The notes: a model not told the origin generated them from the sequence alone. A stretch of 64,000 nt of DNA from an uncultured delta proteobacterium (GCA_963760795.1 CAVXEP010000013.1:64001-128000), one strand, 5' to 3'. Shown: positions 18,474-28,544, counted from the stretch's first letter. A program made the numbers and translations.

Positions 18474-18504
18474 CACCGGCTGAGAGGACAAATCTCAGCC
18501 GGTG
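18474..18504. other. Perfect 12-bp hairpin between the Mo subunit gene and the YncE-like gene
   Basis: CACCGGCTGAGA-GGACAAA-TCTCAGCCGGTG. Confidence 0.55.
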
Positions 18505-18531
18505 AATTTCTCTATTTCGGAGGACCCTGTA

Positions 18532-19704
18532 ATGCGGATGTTATCGCGCCGATTGCTCCCGGCCTTCCTATGGGCTGTGGCAATCTCCTATGGAATACCT
18601 GCCACGGCGGCGGAAACTGGGCCGCGGCCGAGCCAACCCTTAGCCGGCATGCCCGCCGTGGTCGATCCCAACAATCTCTACAGCGAGACCCGCTCGGACA
18701 AGATGAGCCCAGCCGTGGCCAAGCATTTGAGCAGGGTCTACGTGCCCAACCGCACGTCCAACGACGTATGGGTAATCGATCCCGAATCGCTGAAAGTCAT
18801 CGACAAATTCAAAGTCGGCATCAACCCGCAGCACGTCGTGCCGTCATGGGACTTGAAAACCCTCTGGGTCAACAACAACGCCGAAGGGCGCCACGACGGC
18901 AGCGTCACGCCCATCGACCCGCTCACCGGCAAGCCCGGCAAAAATATTCCGGTGGACGATCCTTACAACATGTACTTCACCCCGGACGGCAGCGCCGCCA
19001 TCGTCGTCGCTGAAGCGCGCAAGCGACTGGATTTCCGCGATCCGCAGACAATGGCGATGAAGTATTCCATCGACACGCCGCAATGCGCCGGCATCAACCA
19101 CGCCGACTTTTCCGCCGACGGACGCTACGCGATTTTCACCTGTGAGTTCGCCCAGAGCTTGGCGAAAATCGATCTGGTCGAGAAGAAAGTCGTCGGCTAT
19201 TTGAAACTATCCAAGGGCGGCATGCCGCAAGACGCGCGCATCTCGCCGGACGGCAAAGTATTTTACATCGCCGACATGAAAGCCGAAGGCGTGTTCATCA
19301 TCGATGGTGAGAAGTTTAGCGAAATCGGCCATATCAAGACCGGCCTCGGCACCCATGGCCTCTACCCCAGCCGCGACGGGAAAAAACTCTATGTCGCCAA
19401 TCGCGGCGTGGCAAAAGTCTACGGCCCGCCCAAAGGCAAAGGCAGCGTCAGCGTCGTCGACTTCGCCACGAGAAAAGTCGAAGCGACCTGGACAATCCCC
19501 GGCGGCGGCAGTCCCGACATGGGCAACGTCAGCATCGACGGCAAGCAGCTCTGGCTCTCGGGCCGCTATGACAACGAAGTCTACGTCTTCGACACCGCCA
19601 ATGGCAGCGTCAAAAAAATCCCTGTAAAAACCGAACCCCACGGTCTCACCGTCTGGCCGCAGCCGGGAAGATACTCGCTCGGCCATACTGGGAACATGCG
19701 CTAA
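18532..19704 (+). CDS. Secreted YncE/YVTN-family beta-propeller protein
   Basis: Signal peptide; repeated blades (VYVPN, PQHVVPS, PQDARISPDG, THGLYPSRDG, LYVANRG); GGAGG RBS before ATG 18532. Confidence 0.85.
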   Translation: MRMLSRRLLPAFLWAVAISYGIPATAAETGPRPSQPLAGMPAVVDPNNLYSETRSDKMSPAVAKHLSRVYVPNRTSNDVWVIDPESLKVIDKFKVGINPQHVVPSWDLKTLWVNNNAEGRHDGSVTPIDPLTGKPGKNIPVDDPYNMYFTPDGSAAIVVAEARKRLDFRDPQTMAMKYSIDTPQCAGINHADFSADGRYAIFTCEFAQSLAKIDLVEKKVVGYLKLSKGGMPQDARISPDGKVFYIADMKAEGVFIIDGEKFSEIGHIKTGLGTHGLYPSRDGKKLYVANRGVAKVYGPPKGKGSVSVVDFATRKVEATWTIPGGGSPDMGNVSIDGKQLWLSGRYDNEVYVFDTANGSVKKIPVKTEPHGLTVWPQPGRYSLGHTGNMR

Positions 19705-19951
19705 GGTGATTTCCGTTTTAATTGTTTGCTTCTTCGAAGCTGCGTCAAGCAACTTGTGATCGACCGCCACGATCGAATGCCCGAGGCGCACGGGACAAGC
19801 GCCGAATAGTAAAGTCGCGCCTTCGCCGCCTTCCGTAGCGATTTCCCGCCCACATCTTGCGCCAGCCGTATCAACTCCGGTAAAACACCTCCATTGCGAT
19901 CAATCGAATAGTTTGATCGGTTCGGATTAGTTAAGTCACTAAGGAGCTCGA

Positions 19952-20986
19952 ATGACAAAATTATCCTTTCTTTTAATGGCACTATTCGCGGCGGTAATTC
20001 CCCAGCGAGCCGCTGCCGCCGCAGCGGATGAAACCTTCTACCGCGGCAAGACCATCCGGGTGATCGTTGGTTTCGCCGCCGGCGGCGGCTTCGATCAATA
20101 CGCGCGCACCATCGCGCGCCATATGCCGAAGCATATTGCCGGCAACCCGACGATGATCGTCGACAACATGGGCGGCGCCGGCAGCCGGCTCGCTGCCAAT
20201 TATCTCTACAAGGCCAGCGCGCCGGACGGCTTGACCATCGGCAACTTCATCGGCTCGCTGCTGTTGCAACAGATCCTCGGCGACCAGGGCGTGGAATTCG
20301 ACGGCAAGCGCTTCGAATGGCTCGGCGCACCGGTCCAGGACGAAACGGTTTGCGCGCTGACCAAGGCGAGCGGCGTCACCAGCCTCGACCAATGGTTCGC
20401 GGCCAAGAAACCGGTGAAACTCGGCGGCGAAGCGCCCGGCGCCAACGACTCCGACGTGCCGCGCATGCTGCAAGCGACTTTGAAGCTGCCGCTGCAATTG
20501 ATCGAGGGCTACAAAGGTACTTCATTCATTCGCATCGCCGCCGAATCTGGCGAAGTCGACGGCGGCTGCTGGACCTGGGCGTCGATCCGTTCGACTTGGA
20601 AAAAGGGCCTCGACTCGGGGCAAGTGATTCCGATCATTCAGGTCAACGCCAAGAAAGCTCAGGACATCCCCAACGTCCCCAACGCCTACGACCACGCCAA
20701 GACCGCCGAGGCCAAAGCGCTGCTTGAGGCCGGCGTCCACGCGCCGTCGGCGATCCTGCGCGCCTACGCGCTGCCGCCGGGAACGCCGAAAGACCGATTA
20801 ACGACTTTGCGCGATGCCTTCAACGCGACCATGAAAGACAAGGAATTTATCGCCGAGATCGTCAAAGGCAACCTAGAGCTGGATCCACTCACCGGCGCCG
20901 AGGTCGAAACCCTCGCGCGCAAGCTCTACCAGGTCGATCAAAGCTTGGTCGGCAAGTTACGCGAGATCTTAGTGCCGAAGAAATAG
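19952..20986 (+). CDS. Tripartite tricarboxylate transporter substrate-binding protein (Bug/TctC), orphan
   Basis: FYRGKTIRVIVGFAAGGGFDQYAR, NMGGAGS, PDGLTIG, GYKG, ALPPGTP. Confidence 0.9.
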   Translation: MTKLSFLLMALFAAVIPQRAAAAAADETFYRGKTIRVIVGFAAGGGFDQYARTIARHMPKHIAGNPTMIVDNMGGAGSRLAANYLYKASAPDGLTIGNFIGSLLLQQILGDQGVEFDGKRFEWLGAPVQDETVCALTKASGVTSLDQWFAAKKPVKLGGEAPGANDSDVPRMLQATLKLPLQLIEGYKGTSFIRIAAESGEVDGGCWTWASIRSTWKKGLDSGQVIPIIQVNAKKAQDIPNVPNAYDHAKTAEAKALLEAGVHAPSAILRAYALPPGTPKDRLTTLRDAFNATMKDKEFIAEIVKGNLELDPLTGAEVETLARKLYQVDQSLVGKLREILVPKK

Positions 20987-20992
20987 CCGGCC

Positions 20993-23218
20993 CTAGCGCC
21001 AGCGCAGCACCTTTTGAACATTGGAAAACTCGTCGGTCCAGAGATCACCGCCGAGACGTCCATCGAGCCGCTGCCAGCGCGGACCGGAAGCGAGAGTGTC
21101 CGCCGCTCGACGGTCGCGTGACAACAGCATCCAGCGCGATGGACTCTTCCCCTCGGCGATCTCTTCAGGGGTCAGTTCGAAGTCGTCCTGAATCAGCGCC
21201 GTTAGTTCCAACTCCTTGGCCAGCCGGTCAAGCACTGGCGCCAGATCCATGTGGCGGTTCGAAATATGGATCAGCAGTATGCCGTCGCCAGATAGCTTCC
21301 GCAGATAGAGCTCAAACGCCTGGCGAGTCAATAGATGCGTGGGAATTACATCCGAACTAAATGCATCTAAAACAAAAATGTCAAAATAATAACTAGGCGC
21401 GCTCACCAACGACAAGCGCGCGTCGCCGATGATCACATCGATCTTCGGCGAACAATCGCGCAGATAGGTGAACAAACGCGGGTCGCGCGCGATCTTTTCC
21501 ACCATCGGGTCAATTTCGTAAAAAGTGAACTCTTGCGCCGCGGCGCCGTGGCACGCCAACGCGCCGGTGCCAAGGCCAACGATGGCGACTTTACTCGCGG
21601 CGCCGCCGCGCGCGGCCGCGAGCAGCACCTGGCCGGCCGGCCCGGTGCGATGATAGTACGACAGGGGAATTAGATGCTTCGCGGGCTCGGAGTTCTGCGC
21701 GCCATGAATCGTCGTGCCATGAAACAGCAGACGGCGTTTAACGGCAAGGTCATCAGTCACCCGATAGGCCCCGAAGAAACTACGGTCGTGGAATATCTCG
21801 TGACCATAGGGCGGTGGAAACCTCGCAGCGATCAAGAAGAGCGCGATCAAACCCAACCCAAAGCGCACCGGCCGGGCGGCGAAAGTCAGGCAAAGCATGC
21901 CGCTGATGCCAAAAATTATCAAGTGAAGATTGGCGCGCGATAAAGATGGCATAGCCTTGCCAAGTTCGAGGAGCAGCATCATAGCCGCACACAGCAGCAC
22001 TGGGAGGAGCCAGTCCATTTTTTTGCCCGCCGCCGTATTTTCGGCACCACTGACCACTGGACGGGCAAAAGCAGCCGCAACCATCATCAAAGGATATTCC
22101 AGGACGCTGCTGAAAACTTGCGGTGCCAACAACGCGTTGAACAATCCGCCCAGCACACCGCCTAGCGATATCCAGAGATAAAATCCGGTGAGCTGGCTAG
22201 CCGGTGGCCGGTCTTGGGCCAAGCGGCCATGACATATGACTGCGGTGATGAAGAACGCGAGCAGGTGTAAAGGCAAAACGATGTACACCGGACTCGTGGC
22301 ACTCACGGCGACGATAATCGCCGCCGCGAGCAGGAGAAACGCTTGACGGCGAACGAGAAACGGCCCAGTCGCCCATTGCGCGCCACCGAAGGCGACGATG
22401 AAAGACAATAAATAAGCCGCCAATGGAATCACCCAGAAAAGCGGCGCCGAAACCACATCCGTGGTGACGTACAGGGTTACGCCACTGAGTAAACTCGACG
22501 GCACGAAAGACCAGAGAAGCCAGCTAAACCGTCGGCTCAGCGCGATCGTGAATTCGTGATCGTGGGAGCCATCGCCGCCCACGCCGGCTGCTACAGCACC
22601 GGGGTCTGGGTGAGCGACTGCGCGAGAAGATGAATATAGAAAACTCAGCATACAGAGCACGACAAGCAGCGCCAATCCGAAATAAGCGGAGAACCAATAA
22701 TAATTTTGCTGATTGAGCGTCAGATTGGGTTCGATCAAAGCCGGATAGGCGAGCAAACCGGCCAAACTCCCGGCGTTGCTCGCCGCGTATAAAAAATAGG
22801 GATCGCGCGACGCGCTGTGACGACTTTGAGCAAACCACTGTTGCAGCAGCGGCGTGCCCGCGGCAATCACAAACAACGGAAAGCCGATCGACACCGTTAA
22901 CGCGCCGAGCACGAGCTGCGTCGGATGCTCAGCCGGCGCCGAAAACCATTGCATCGGCAAAGTGACCGGCAGCAGCAGGATCGCCGCGAAAACCAGCCCC
23001 AAATGTAAAAACGCCTGGCGCTTGACACCAATCCACGCGCCGAGGTAATGCGCATACGCGTAGCCAATCAGCAGGGCGCCTTGATAAAAAGCCAGACTGG
23101 CGTTCCAAACCGCCGGACTGCCGCCGAGAAAAGGCAAAATCATCTTGGCGACTAACGGTTCAATAATGAACATCAAGGCCGCGTTGACGAACAAGGTTAG
23201 CGAATAAAGTAGGATCAA
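20993..23218 (-). CDS. Fused multi-pass membrane / spermidine synthase-like SAM-binding protein
   Basis: About 12 TM segments followed by HGTTIHGAQ, IVGLGTG, YEID, GDAR, VLDAFSSD, LWTDEFS. Confidence 0.88.
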   Translation of the reverse strand: MILLYSLTLFVNAALMFIIEPLVAKMILPFLGGSPAVWNASLAFYQGALLIGYAYAHYLGAWIGVKRQAFLHLGLVFAAILLLPVTLPMQWFSAPAEHPTQLVLGALTVSIGFPLFVIAAGTPLLQQWFAQSRHSASRDPYFLYAASNAGSLAGLLAYPALIEPNLTLNQQNYYWFSAYFGLALLVVLCMLSFLYSSSRAVAHPDPGAVAAGVGGDGSHDHEFTIALSRRFSWLLWSFVPSSLLSGVTLYVTTDVVSAPLFWVIPLAAYLLSFIVAFGGAQWATGPFLVRRQAFLLLAAAIIVAVSATSPVYIVLPLHLLAFFITAVICHGRLAQDRPPASQLTGFYLWISLGGVLGGLFNALLAPQVFSSVLEYPLMMVAAAFARPVVSGAENTAAGKKMDWLLPVLLCAAMMLLLELGKAMPSLSRANLHLIIFGISGMLCLTFAARPVRFGLGLIALFLIAARFPPPYGHEIFHDRSFFGAYRVTDDLAVKRRLLFHGTTIHGAQNSEPAKHLIPLSYYHRTGPAGQVLLAAARGGAASKVAIVGLGTGALACHGAAAQEFTFYEIDPMVEKIARDPRLFTYLRDCSPKIDVIIGDARLSLVSAPSYYFDIFVLDAFSSDVIPTHLLTRQAFELYLRKLSGDGILLIHISNRHMDLAPVLDRLAKELELTALIQDDFELTPEEIAEGKSPSRWMLLSRDRRAADTLASGPRWQRLDGRLGGDLWTDEFSNVQKVLRWR

Positions 23219-23355
23219 ACTCTAGTCCGATATTGGTATTGAGTCGTGAGTTGCCGGGTCGGAAGCCGTATACGCCAGTTGCATGCCAAGCTATTTAACT
23301 ACGGTTGATCAGTACGACCGGCCAGTCAAATTAGCGGATCGAACTATCCAGTTAA

Positions 23356-23385
23356 TTGACATCTTGGCGCACTCTTCGATAGAAT
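23356..23385 (+). promoter_or_regulatory. Putative sigma70 promoter for the small protein + amidase pair
   Basis: TTGACA-N18-TAGAAT. Confidence 0.55.
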
Positions 23386-23433
23386 CAAATACCCACACGT
23401 CGCATCGAACACTCACGTTTCACGCGAGGGAAC

Positions 23434-23631
23434 ATGGCCGAAGCACTCACTGTCGAGAACCTAAAAACAATCGCCGAACAGCGGGGATTGAAACTTGCCG
23501 ACGAAGAACTGCAAAAACTCCTGCCCGGCGTCATGCGCGCGCGCCAGCAAGCAGCCGAGCTGAGAGAATTGCTCACGCTGCCGGATGAACCGGCGGGCGT
23601 ATTCAATGCCGGCAGAGAGCAACTGAAGTAG
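23434..23631 (+). CDS. Small AtzG/GatC-like amidase partner subunit (65 aa)
   Basis: GAGGGAAC RBS; helical pattern A...GLKL...LPGV...A..L with C-terminal EPAGVF; 7 nt before the amidase. Confidence 0.65.
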   Translation: MAEALTVENLKTIAEQRGLKLADEELQKLLPGVMRARQQAAELRELLTLPDEPAGVFNAGREQLK

Positions 23632-23638
23632 CCACGCC

Positions 23639-25039
23639 ATGGAGCAAAGCGAACTCTGTTATCTGACCATCGCCGAAGCCGCCGCTGGCCTCAGGCGCAA
23701 GCAATTTTCCGCTGTCGAACTTGCTGACGCATGTCTCGACCGTATCGAAGCGCATGACGCCAAGCTGCATAGTTTCATCACGCTCACGGCGGATCTAGCC
23801 TTGGCACAAGCCCGGCAAGCGGAAAAAGAATTGCGCAGCGGCGTCGATCGCGGTCCGCTCCACGGCATTCCCATCGCGCTCAAAGATCTCTACGCGACCA
23901 AAGGCATTCGCACGACATGCCATTCAGCGGTGTTGGAGCACTGGATACCCGATCAAGATGCGACAACCGTCACCAGACTCCAGGATGCCGGCACAGTCTT
24001 ACTGGGCAAGCTCGGCATGCACGAGTTCGCCTTCGGCGGCCCGTCGCTGGACGCGCCCTTCCCGGCCGTGAGAAATCCCTGGAACACGGCGCATATTCCC
24101 GGGGGTTCGAGCAGCGGTTCCGGCGCCGCGCTGGCCGCCGGCTTTTGCTTCGGCGCCATGGGCTCCGACACCGGCGGATCGATTCGCACTCCTTCATCAC
24201 ACTGTGGCGTCGTCGGCATCAAACCGACCTACGGCCGTTGCAGCCGTTACGGCGTCATCCCGCTGAGCTGGTCCCTCGATCATACCGGCCCGATGGCGCG
24301 CAGCGTCGAAGACTGCGCCATCATGCTGCAAGTCCTGGCCGGCTACGACGCCAAGGACAATGCTTCGGCGAATGTGCCGGTGGCGAATTTTCAAGCGGGC
24401 GTGAAGGACGGAGTCAAGGACCTGCGCATCGGCGCGCCGCGCAAAAACTGGTTCGATGAAAATCTCGGCATCGACCGGCAAACCGAAGCGGCCTACAATC
24501 AAGCGCTCAAAGTCCTCGAAAGCCTCGGCGCGACGATCGTCGACATCGACGGCAAGTCTTTCTCACTGGCGCGCAAGGCCAACCAGACCATTTTAACCTG
24601 CGAAGCCTACACCTATCATGAAAAGACTTATCAACAGACGCCGCTGAAGTTCGGCAGCTCGGTGCGCCGAAGAATGCTCGAAGGCGCGTTCCTGAGCGCC
24701 GCCGATTACCTCACCGCCCAGCGCGCCCGCGCCGTGCTCAACGAACAGATCCGCGCCAACTTCGCCAAGGTCGACGTCTTCGCCGTCCCCGGCGCCGCGA
24801 GGCCGCCGGAAGCGTTTGATAGCATGGACCCCAACGAGCAGAACCTGCGGCCGAGTTTCACCAATCCATTTAACCTAACGGGTTTGCCGGCGATCTCCGT
24901 GCCCTGCGGTTTCACTGAAGGGAATTTACCGGCAGGCTTGCAAATCGTCGCGCCAGCGTTTGAGGAAGCGACTTGTTTCCGGGTTGCCTACGCTTATGAA
25001 CAGGCGACACAGTGGCATAATCAAAGGCCGGTGCTTTAG
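23639..25039 (+). CDS. Amidase signature family enzyme (AtzE/GatA-like)
   Basis: ALKDL, PGGSSSGSG, GSDTGGSIR (Lys-cisSer-Ser triad), PFNLTGLPAISVP. Confidence 0.92.
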   Translation: MEQSELCYLTIAEAAAGLRRKQFSAVELADACLDRIEAHDAKLHSFITLTADLALAQARQAEKELRSGVDRGPLHGIPIALKDLYATKGIRTTCHSAVLEHWIPDQDATTVTRLQDAGTVLLGKLGMHEFAFGGPSLDAPFPAVRNPWNTAHIPGGSSSGSGAALAAGFCFGAMGSDTGGSIRTPSSHCGVVGIKPTYGRCSRYGVIPLSWSLDHTGPMARSVEDCAIMLQVLAGYDAKDNASANVPVANFQAGVKDGVKDLRIGAPRKNWFDENLGIDRQTEAAYNQALKVLESLGATIVDIDGKSFSLARKANQTILTCEAYTYHEKTYQQTPLKFGSSVRRRMLEGAFLSAADYLTAQRARAVLNEQIRANFAKVDVFAVPGAARPPEAFDSMDPNEQNLRPSFTNPFNLTGLPAISVPCGFTEGNLPAGLQIVAPAFEEATCFRVAYAYEQATQWHNQRPVL

Positions 25040-25055
25040 TCGCATGCAGCCCAAC

Positions 25056-25106
25056 AGGAGGGCGGACATTCGGATCCGCCTGGCGGGTTGGAAACCCCGC
25101 CCTCCT
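25056..25106. repeat. REP-like composite palindrome between convergent genes
   Basis: AGGAGGGCGG...CCGCCCTCCT enclosing GGCGGA-CATTCGGA-TCCGCC and GGCGGG-TTGGAAAC-CCCGCC hairpins. Confidence 0.6.
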
Positions 25107-25179
25107 TTCCTGGAATAAATCAGGAACGTTTGAATAAGTAATTACCGTGTCGTACTGATGCGGCTTTTTGGCATATCGT

Positions 25180-26650
25180 TCACGCGCTCTTCCCGAATAC
25201 TCGGAAATACATTTCCGCCAGCGCCGGCTCCATACTGCGCGCGGCGGCAAGTTCTCTTTGCATCGATGGCTCCAGGCGGGAGCGGGCGTCTTCGGCACGC
25301 TTGAGCACTTCCATTTCATCGATTTGAGTTAGTCGCCCGCCTTCAACGACTATTTCACCGTTGACTAAAACCGTATCGACGTTGCTGCCGTTCTCGCAGA
25401 AGACAACCTGATTGACGACATCGTTCATCGGCCGGTAAGCCGGCGTGTCGCGGCGCAGCAGAACGATGTCGGCGAGCTTTCCCGGTGCAATCACCCCGGC
25501 ATCCAAACCGAAGGCGCGGGCGCCGTTACGCGTCGCCATGGCCAAGGCTTGCGCGGGCGTGACCCAGTGATTGAAATCGCTGCCGGCATGGTTGTGCATC
25601 AGTGAAACCAATCGCGCCGCGTCGAACATGTTCTGGTTGTCGTTGGAGGCCGCGCCATCGGTGCCTAACCCAACATTCACGCCGGCCGCGAGAAACTCCT
25701 TTACCTTCGCCAGGCCGCTGCCAATGCGCAGGTTGCTCGCCGGATTGTGCACCGGCGTGGCGCCGCGTTTGGCGAACAGCTCGACATCGGCGTCTTCGAT
25801 CCAGATCGAATGGGCACAGGAGAGATTGGCGCCGACGATGCCGAGAGAATCGAGATGCTGCAAAAGCGAATGGCCGTAGATGCTATTACCTTGCACCTGC
25901 TGTGCTTTGGTTTCCGCGAGATGGATGTGCAACGGCAGATTTCGCCTGCGCGCGATTTCGCCGCAACCTTGAAGTAACTCGTCGGTGCAGCGCTGCACCG
26001 CAGACGGGCCAGGACATGCAGTCGTAAGCTTTTCCGGCGCATGAAATGTCGCGATAAACTCTTCGCACTCGTCGAGCCAAGCTTGCGTAGATTTCGCCTC
26101 GCTGGCGCTCATGCGTTTGAGTTCGTCGTTCAAGCTCGCGTCGGTTTGACCGAGCGGGATGGTATCTTCGTAGTTCTTGTCGGTCACCGTCAGCGCCGCG
26201 ACGTGGCGCAGGCCGAGATCGCGCATCGCCTGGATCGCCGCCCCCGCGCCCATGAAGCGGCAGGCCGCGCTGCCGGCGAAGTGATCGAGCACCATGGTCG
26301 CGCCGTTCTTGAGCATCTCCATGCCGCCCAAGAGAGCGCTGGCATAAAAGTCATCTTCGCGCATGTCGCGCAGCGACGCCCGGTAATAGGCGCGCCAAAT
26401 CTCCAGCGGCTTGCTCGGCATCATGCCACGCACCAGATTCGCCGCCGAGTGGCAGTGCGCATTCACCATGCCGGGCAGCGCAATCATGCGGCCGGCGTCG
26501 ATAACTTTGTCGAAGGGCCCGTCCGGCGTCCACTCGCCCGGACCGGCAAAAACGATGCAGTTGCCGTCTATAACGATGCTGGACTTTATCGACAACCTCG
26601 TTCTGCTCGTTCATGGTGACAAGCAGAGGATTGCGAATCAAAGTTTTCAT
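25180..26650 (-). CDS. Metal-dependent amidohydrolase (AtzB/SsnA/guanine-deaminase-like); frameshift near 26582
   Basis: MKTLIRNPLLVTMNEQNEVVDK joins SSIVIDG...PGMVNAHCH, HIHLAE, AHSIW, HNPASNL, GLGTDG, PGKLADIV. Confidence 0.88.
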
Positions 26651-26668
26651 AAGGCCCTCAAGAAAAAA

Positions 26669-26768
26669 GGGACAGACAACTTTTCATAAACGCTGAAAAG
26701 TAGCTGTCCCATCGTTCGAACGTTGAACTTTTGAACCTTGAACCCTTGAACGGCGCGCAACGCGCGCC
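26669..26768. repeat. Stacked intergenic repeats: GGGACAG palindrome, TTGAAC heptamer run, GC hairpin
   Basis: GGGACAGACAACTTTTCA...TGAAAAGTAGCTGTCCC (26669-26710); TTGAACTTTTGAACCTTGAACCCTTGAAC; GGCGCGCAACGCGCGCC. Confidence 0.65.
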
Positions 26769-27436
26769 TATACGAAACCCATCTTACGGCCCCAATTCTC
26801 CGGGTCCTTCAAGAAATCGATGATCTGTGAATTCTGTTCCGCGGTGAAGTAGTGCTTGCTCGTGCCGGTGTCCAGGACATCGTCCCAGTTTGCCAGCACA
26901 TGAAGCGCGATGTCGTTCTTCGCTAGACTCTCTCGGCCTTCATGCTGATTGAGCCGGTCCGAAGCATAGTCGAACACGCACAAGCAATGGGTCATCTTGG
27001 CGCCCGCCCCGCGCACACCGATATTGAAGCGCAGCTTACTCAAACCATCGGTGATCAAATCCTCGACCATGAGCACGCGCTTGCCCGGTTCGAGAATGCC
27101 TTCGATCTGCTTGGTGCCGCCGTAGCCTTTGGGCTGCTTGCGGATATAGATCATCGGCTTCTTGACGATATGCGCGACAAACGCCGCGTAAGGAATGCCA
27201 GCGGTCTCGCCGCCGGCGACGACATCGAAGTTATCCAGACCGATGTCGGTTTCCGCCATGTTTGCCAGCGCCGTGACGATGTATTCCCGCTCCGCGGCGA
27301 ACGACAACAGCTTGCGGCAGTCGATGTAGACCGGCGAAATTCGCCCGGAGACGAACACGTACGGCCTGTCATCGTAAACCGCGATCGACTTCGTCGCCAG
27401 CAGCATCTCGGCAACCATCTTGGACATTTCGCTCAT
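26768..27436 (-). CDS. pyrE: Orotate phosphoribosyltransferase
   Basis: SGRISPVYIDCRK, VAGGETAGIP, YIRKQPKGYG, VEDLITDGLS PRPP-binding motif. Confidence 0.9.
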   Translation of the reverse strand: MSEMSKMVAEMLLATKSIAVYDDRPYVFVSGRISPVYIDCRKLLSFAAEREYIVTALANMAETDIGLDNFDVVAGGETAGIPYAAFVAHIVKKPMIYIRKQPKGYGGTKQIEGILEPGKRVLMVEDLITDGLSKLRFNIGVRGAGAKMTHCLCVFDYASDRLNQHEGRESLAKNDIALHVLANWDDVLDTGTSKHYFTAEQNSQIIDFLKDPENWGRKMGFV

Positions 27437-27651
27437 GGAAAAACCTCGCAGATTTGGGGATTAAGGCAAGGTCATAACATAGCGACTTGCGCTTGCCAAC
27501 GCTCGCGCTCACAAAGCGGTAGGATAAGATGAGAGAACGGGCTCACCACAAAAATAGCGCGGCGCAGCCGCAACCGAAAAGAACAATGGCCGCATAGAAC
27601 ACATAGGATGCAAAAAAGAATCGGAGGTGAAAATTGCGGAAATAGAGATGA

Positions 27652-27694
27652 ACCCGAAGCTGCAGGGATAGCGACGCTATCCCGCAGCTTGGGT
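27652..27694 (-). terminator. Long hairpin downstream of the small Lys-rich gene
   Basis: ACCCGAAGCTGCAGGGATAGCG-A-CGCTATCCCGCAGCTTGGGT; U-tract weak. Confidence 0.5.
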
Positions 27695-27705
27695 AAAGAG
27701 GTCAA

Positions 27706-27828
27706 TCATTTTGCCTTGATGGAAAAACCCCTGGTCTCTTTCTTGGCGCGCTTCTCTGCGCGCTTTTCCATCATCGTTTTCTGTGGTTTCTTCTTTCCTT
27801 GTTTCTTCGAGTCCATGCCTTTACTCAT
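27706..27828 (-). CDS. Small lysine-rich protein (40 aa)
   Basis: Manual translation MSKGMDSKKQGKKKPQKTMMEKRAEKRAKKETRGFSIKAK*; strong AAGGAGG RBS; below the ORF-track cutoff. Confidence 0.75.
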   Translation of the reverse strand: MSKGMDSKKQGKKKPQKTMMEKRAEKRAKKETRGFSIKAK

Positions 27829-27924
27829 ATGCGTCCCTCCTTATGATGACTGGTTTTGAAAGGCGTTGCGTAACCGCACGCCCCTGCGTCGATAACATTT
27901 ACCTCCTCATCCACACCACCACAA

Positions 27925-28269
27925 CTACTTTCCACAGCAGTTTTTGAATTTTTTGCCGCTGCCGCAGGAGCAGGGCTCGTTGCGCCCGACCTTCTTTGCC
28001 ACGACCGTCGGTTTCTGCGGATGCAGCAACCGCTCCAGATCGCCGACATCCTCGGCCTTGTCCGGCTCGATACTGATGCGGCATTCCCAACCATGCTTGG
28101 CGAACGTCGCACTCACTTCCTTGAATCGCAGCTCCGACTGAACCCGCACAACCGCCGGATTCTTCTCACTGCCGAGCTTCACGGTTGGTTTCGGAGCAAA
28201 GTTGTTTTTCCAGCTATCCGCGTCGACACTGCTGCGCATCGTCCCGATATCACTGATTCGATTGCTCAT
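27925..28269 (-). CDS. SEC-C metal-binding motif protein (PBPRA1643-like family)
   Basis: KLGSEKNP...VRVQ...EPDKAED with C-terminal [20 protein letters not shown]. Confidence 0.8.
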   Translation of the reverse strand: MSNRISDIGTMRSSVDADSWKNNFAPKPTVKLGSEKNPAVVRVQSELRFKEVSATFAKHGWECRISIEPDKAEDVGDLERLLHPQKPTVVAKKVGRNEPCSCGSGKKFKNCCGK

Positions 28270-28347
28270 AGGGCTATTATTTCAGTTATTACCGCACTTA
28301 GCCATACAAGTCGTATCTCTGGCTGCTCGATCAGAGAAAAGACATTC

Positions 28348-28416
28348 AACCACGCAAGGCACAAAATACACGAAATGGGTTTCCCGACTTTCGTATTTTT
28401 CGCGTGTTTGGTGGTT
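28348..28416. repeat. Nonamer-type (CACGAAR) tandem/inverted repeat
   Basis: AACCACGCAAGGCACAAAATACACGAAA ... TTTCGTATTTTTCGCGTGTTTGGTGGTT; a degenerate second left arm near 28475-28502. Confidence 0.7.
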
Positions 28417-28544
28417 AAACTCCCCCAACCGACTCTTCACCTCATCAGGTCAATCATCTCGGAGAAGATTTTTTAACCACGTAAAACACGTACCACACGA
28501 AATGGGAACCCAACAATTCGCGCCTTTTATCGTTGCGTCTCTTC

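Noticed and set aside
18474-18504. TPP riboswitch or PyrR site suggested by GCTGAGA / GAGAGG
   Set aside because: The remaining conserved elements are missing; it is a simple perfect hairpin.
19705-19951. Possible small gene or remnant on the minus strand (93-aa ORF 19701-19982)
   Set aside because: It overlaps the start of the Bug gene, has no motif and atypical composition.
23273-23288. Sigma54 promoter (TGGCATGCAACTGGCG, minus strand) for the spermidine-synthase-like gene
   Set aside because: The -12 element reads TGGC rather than TTGC; plausible but too weak to call without TSS data.
23434-25039. gatC-gatA
   Set aside because: No gatB follows, the small ORF is shorter than typical GatC, and the amidase lacks GatA-specific segments such as SNLARYDG.
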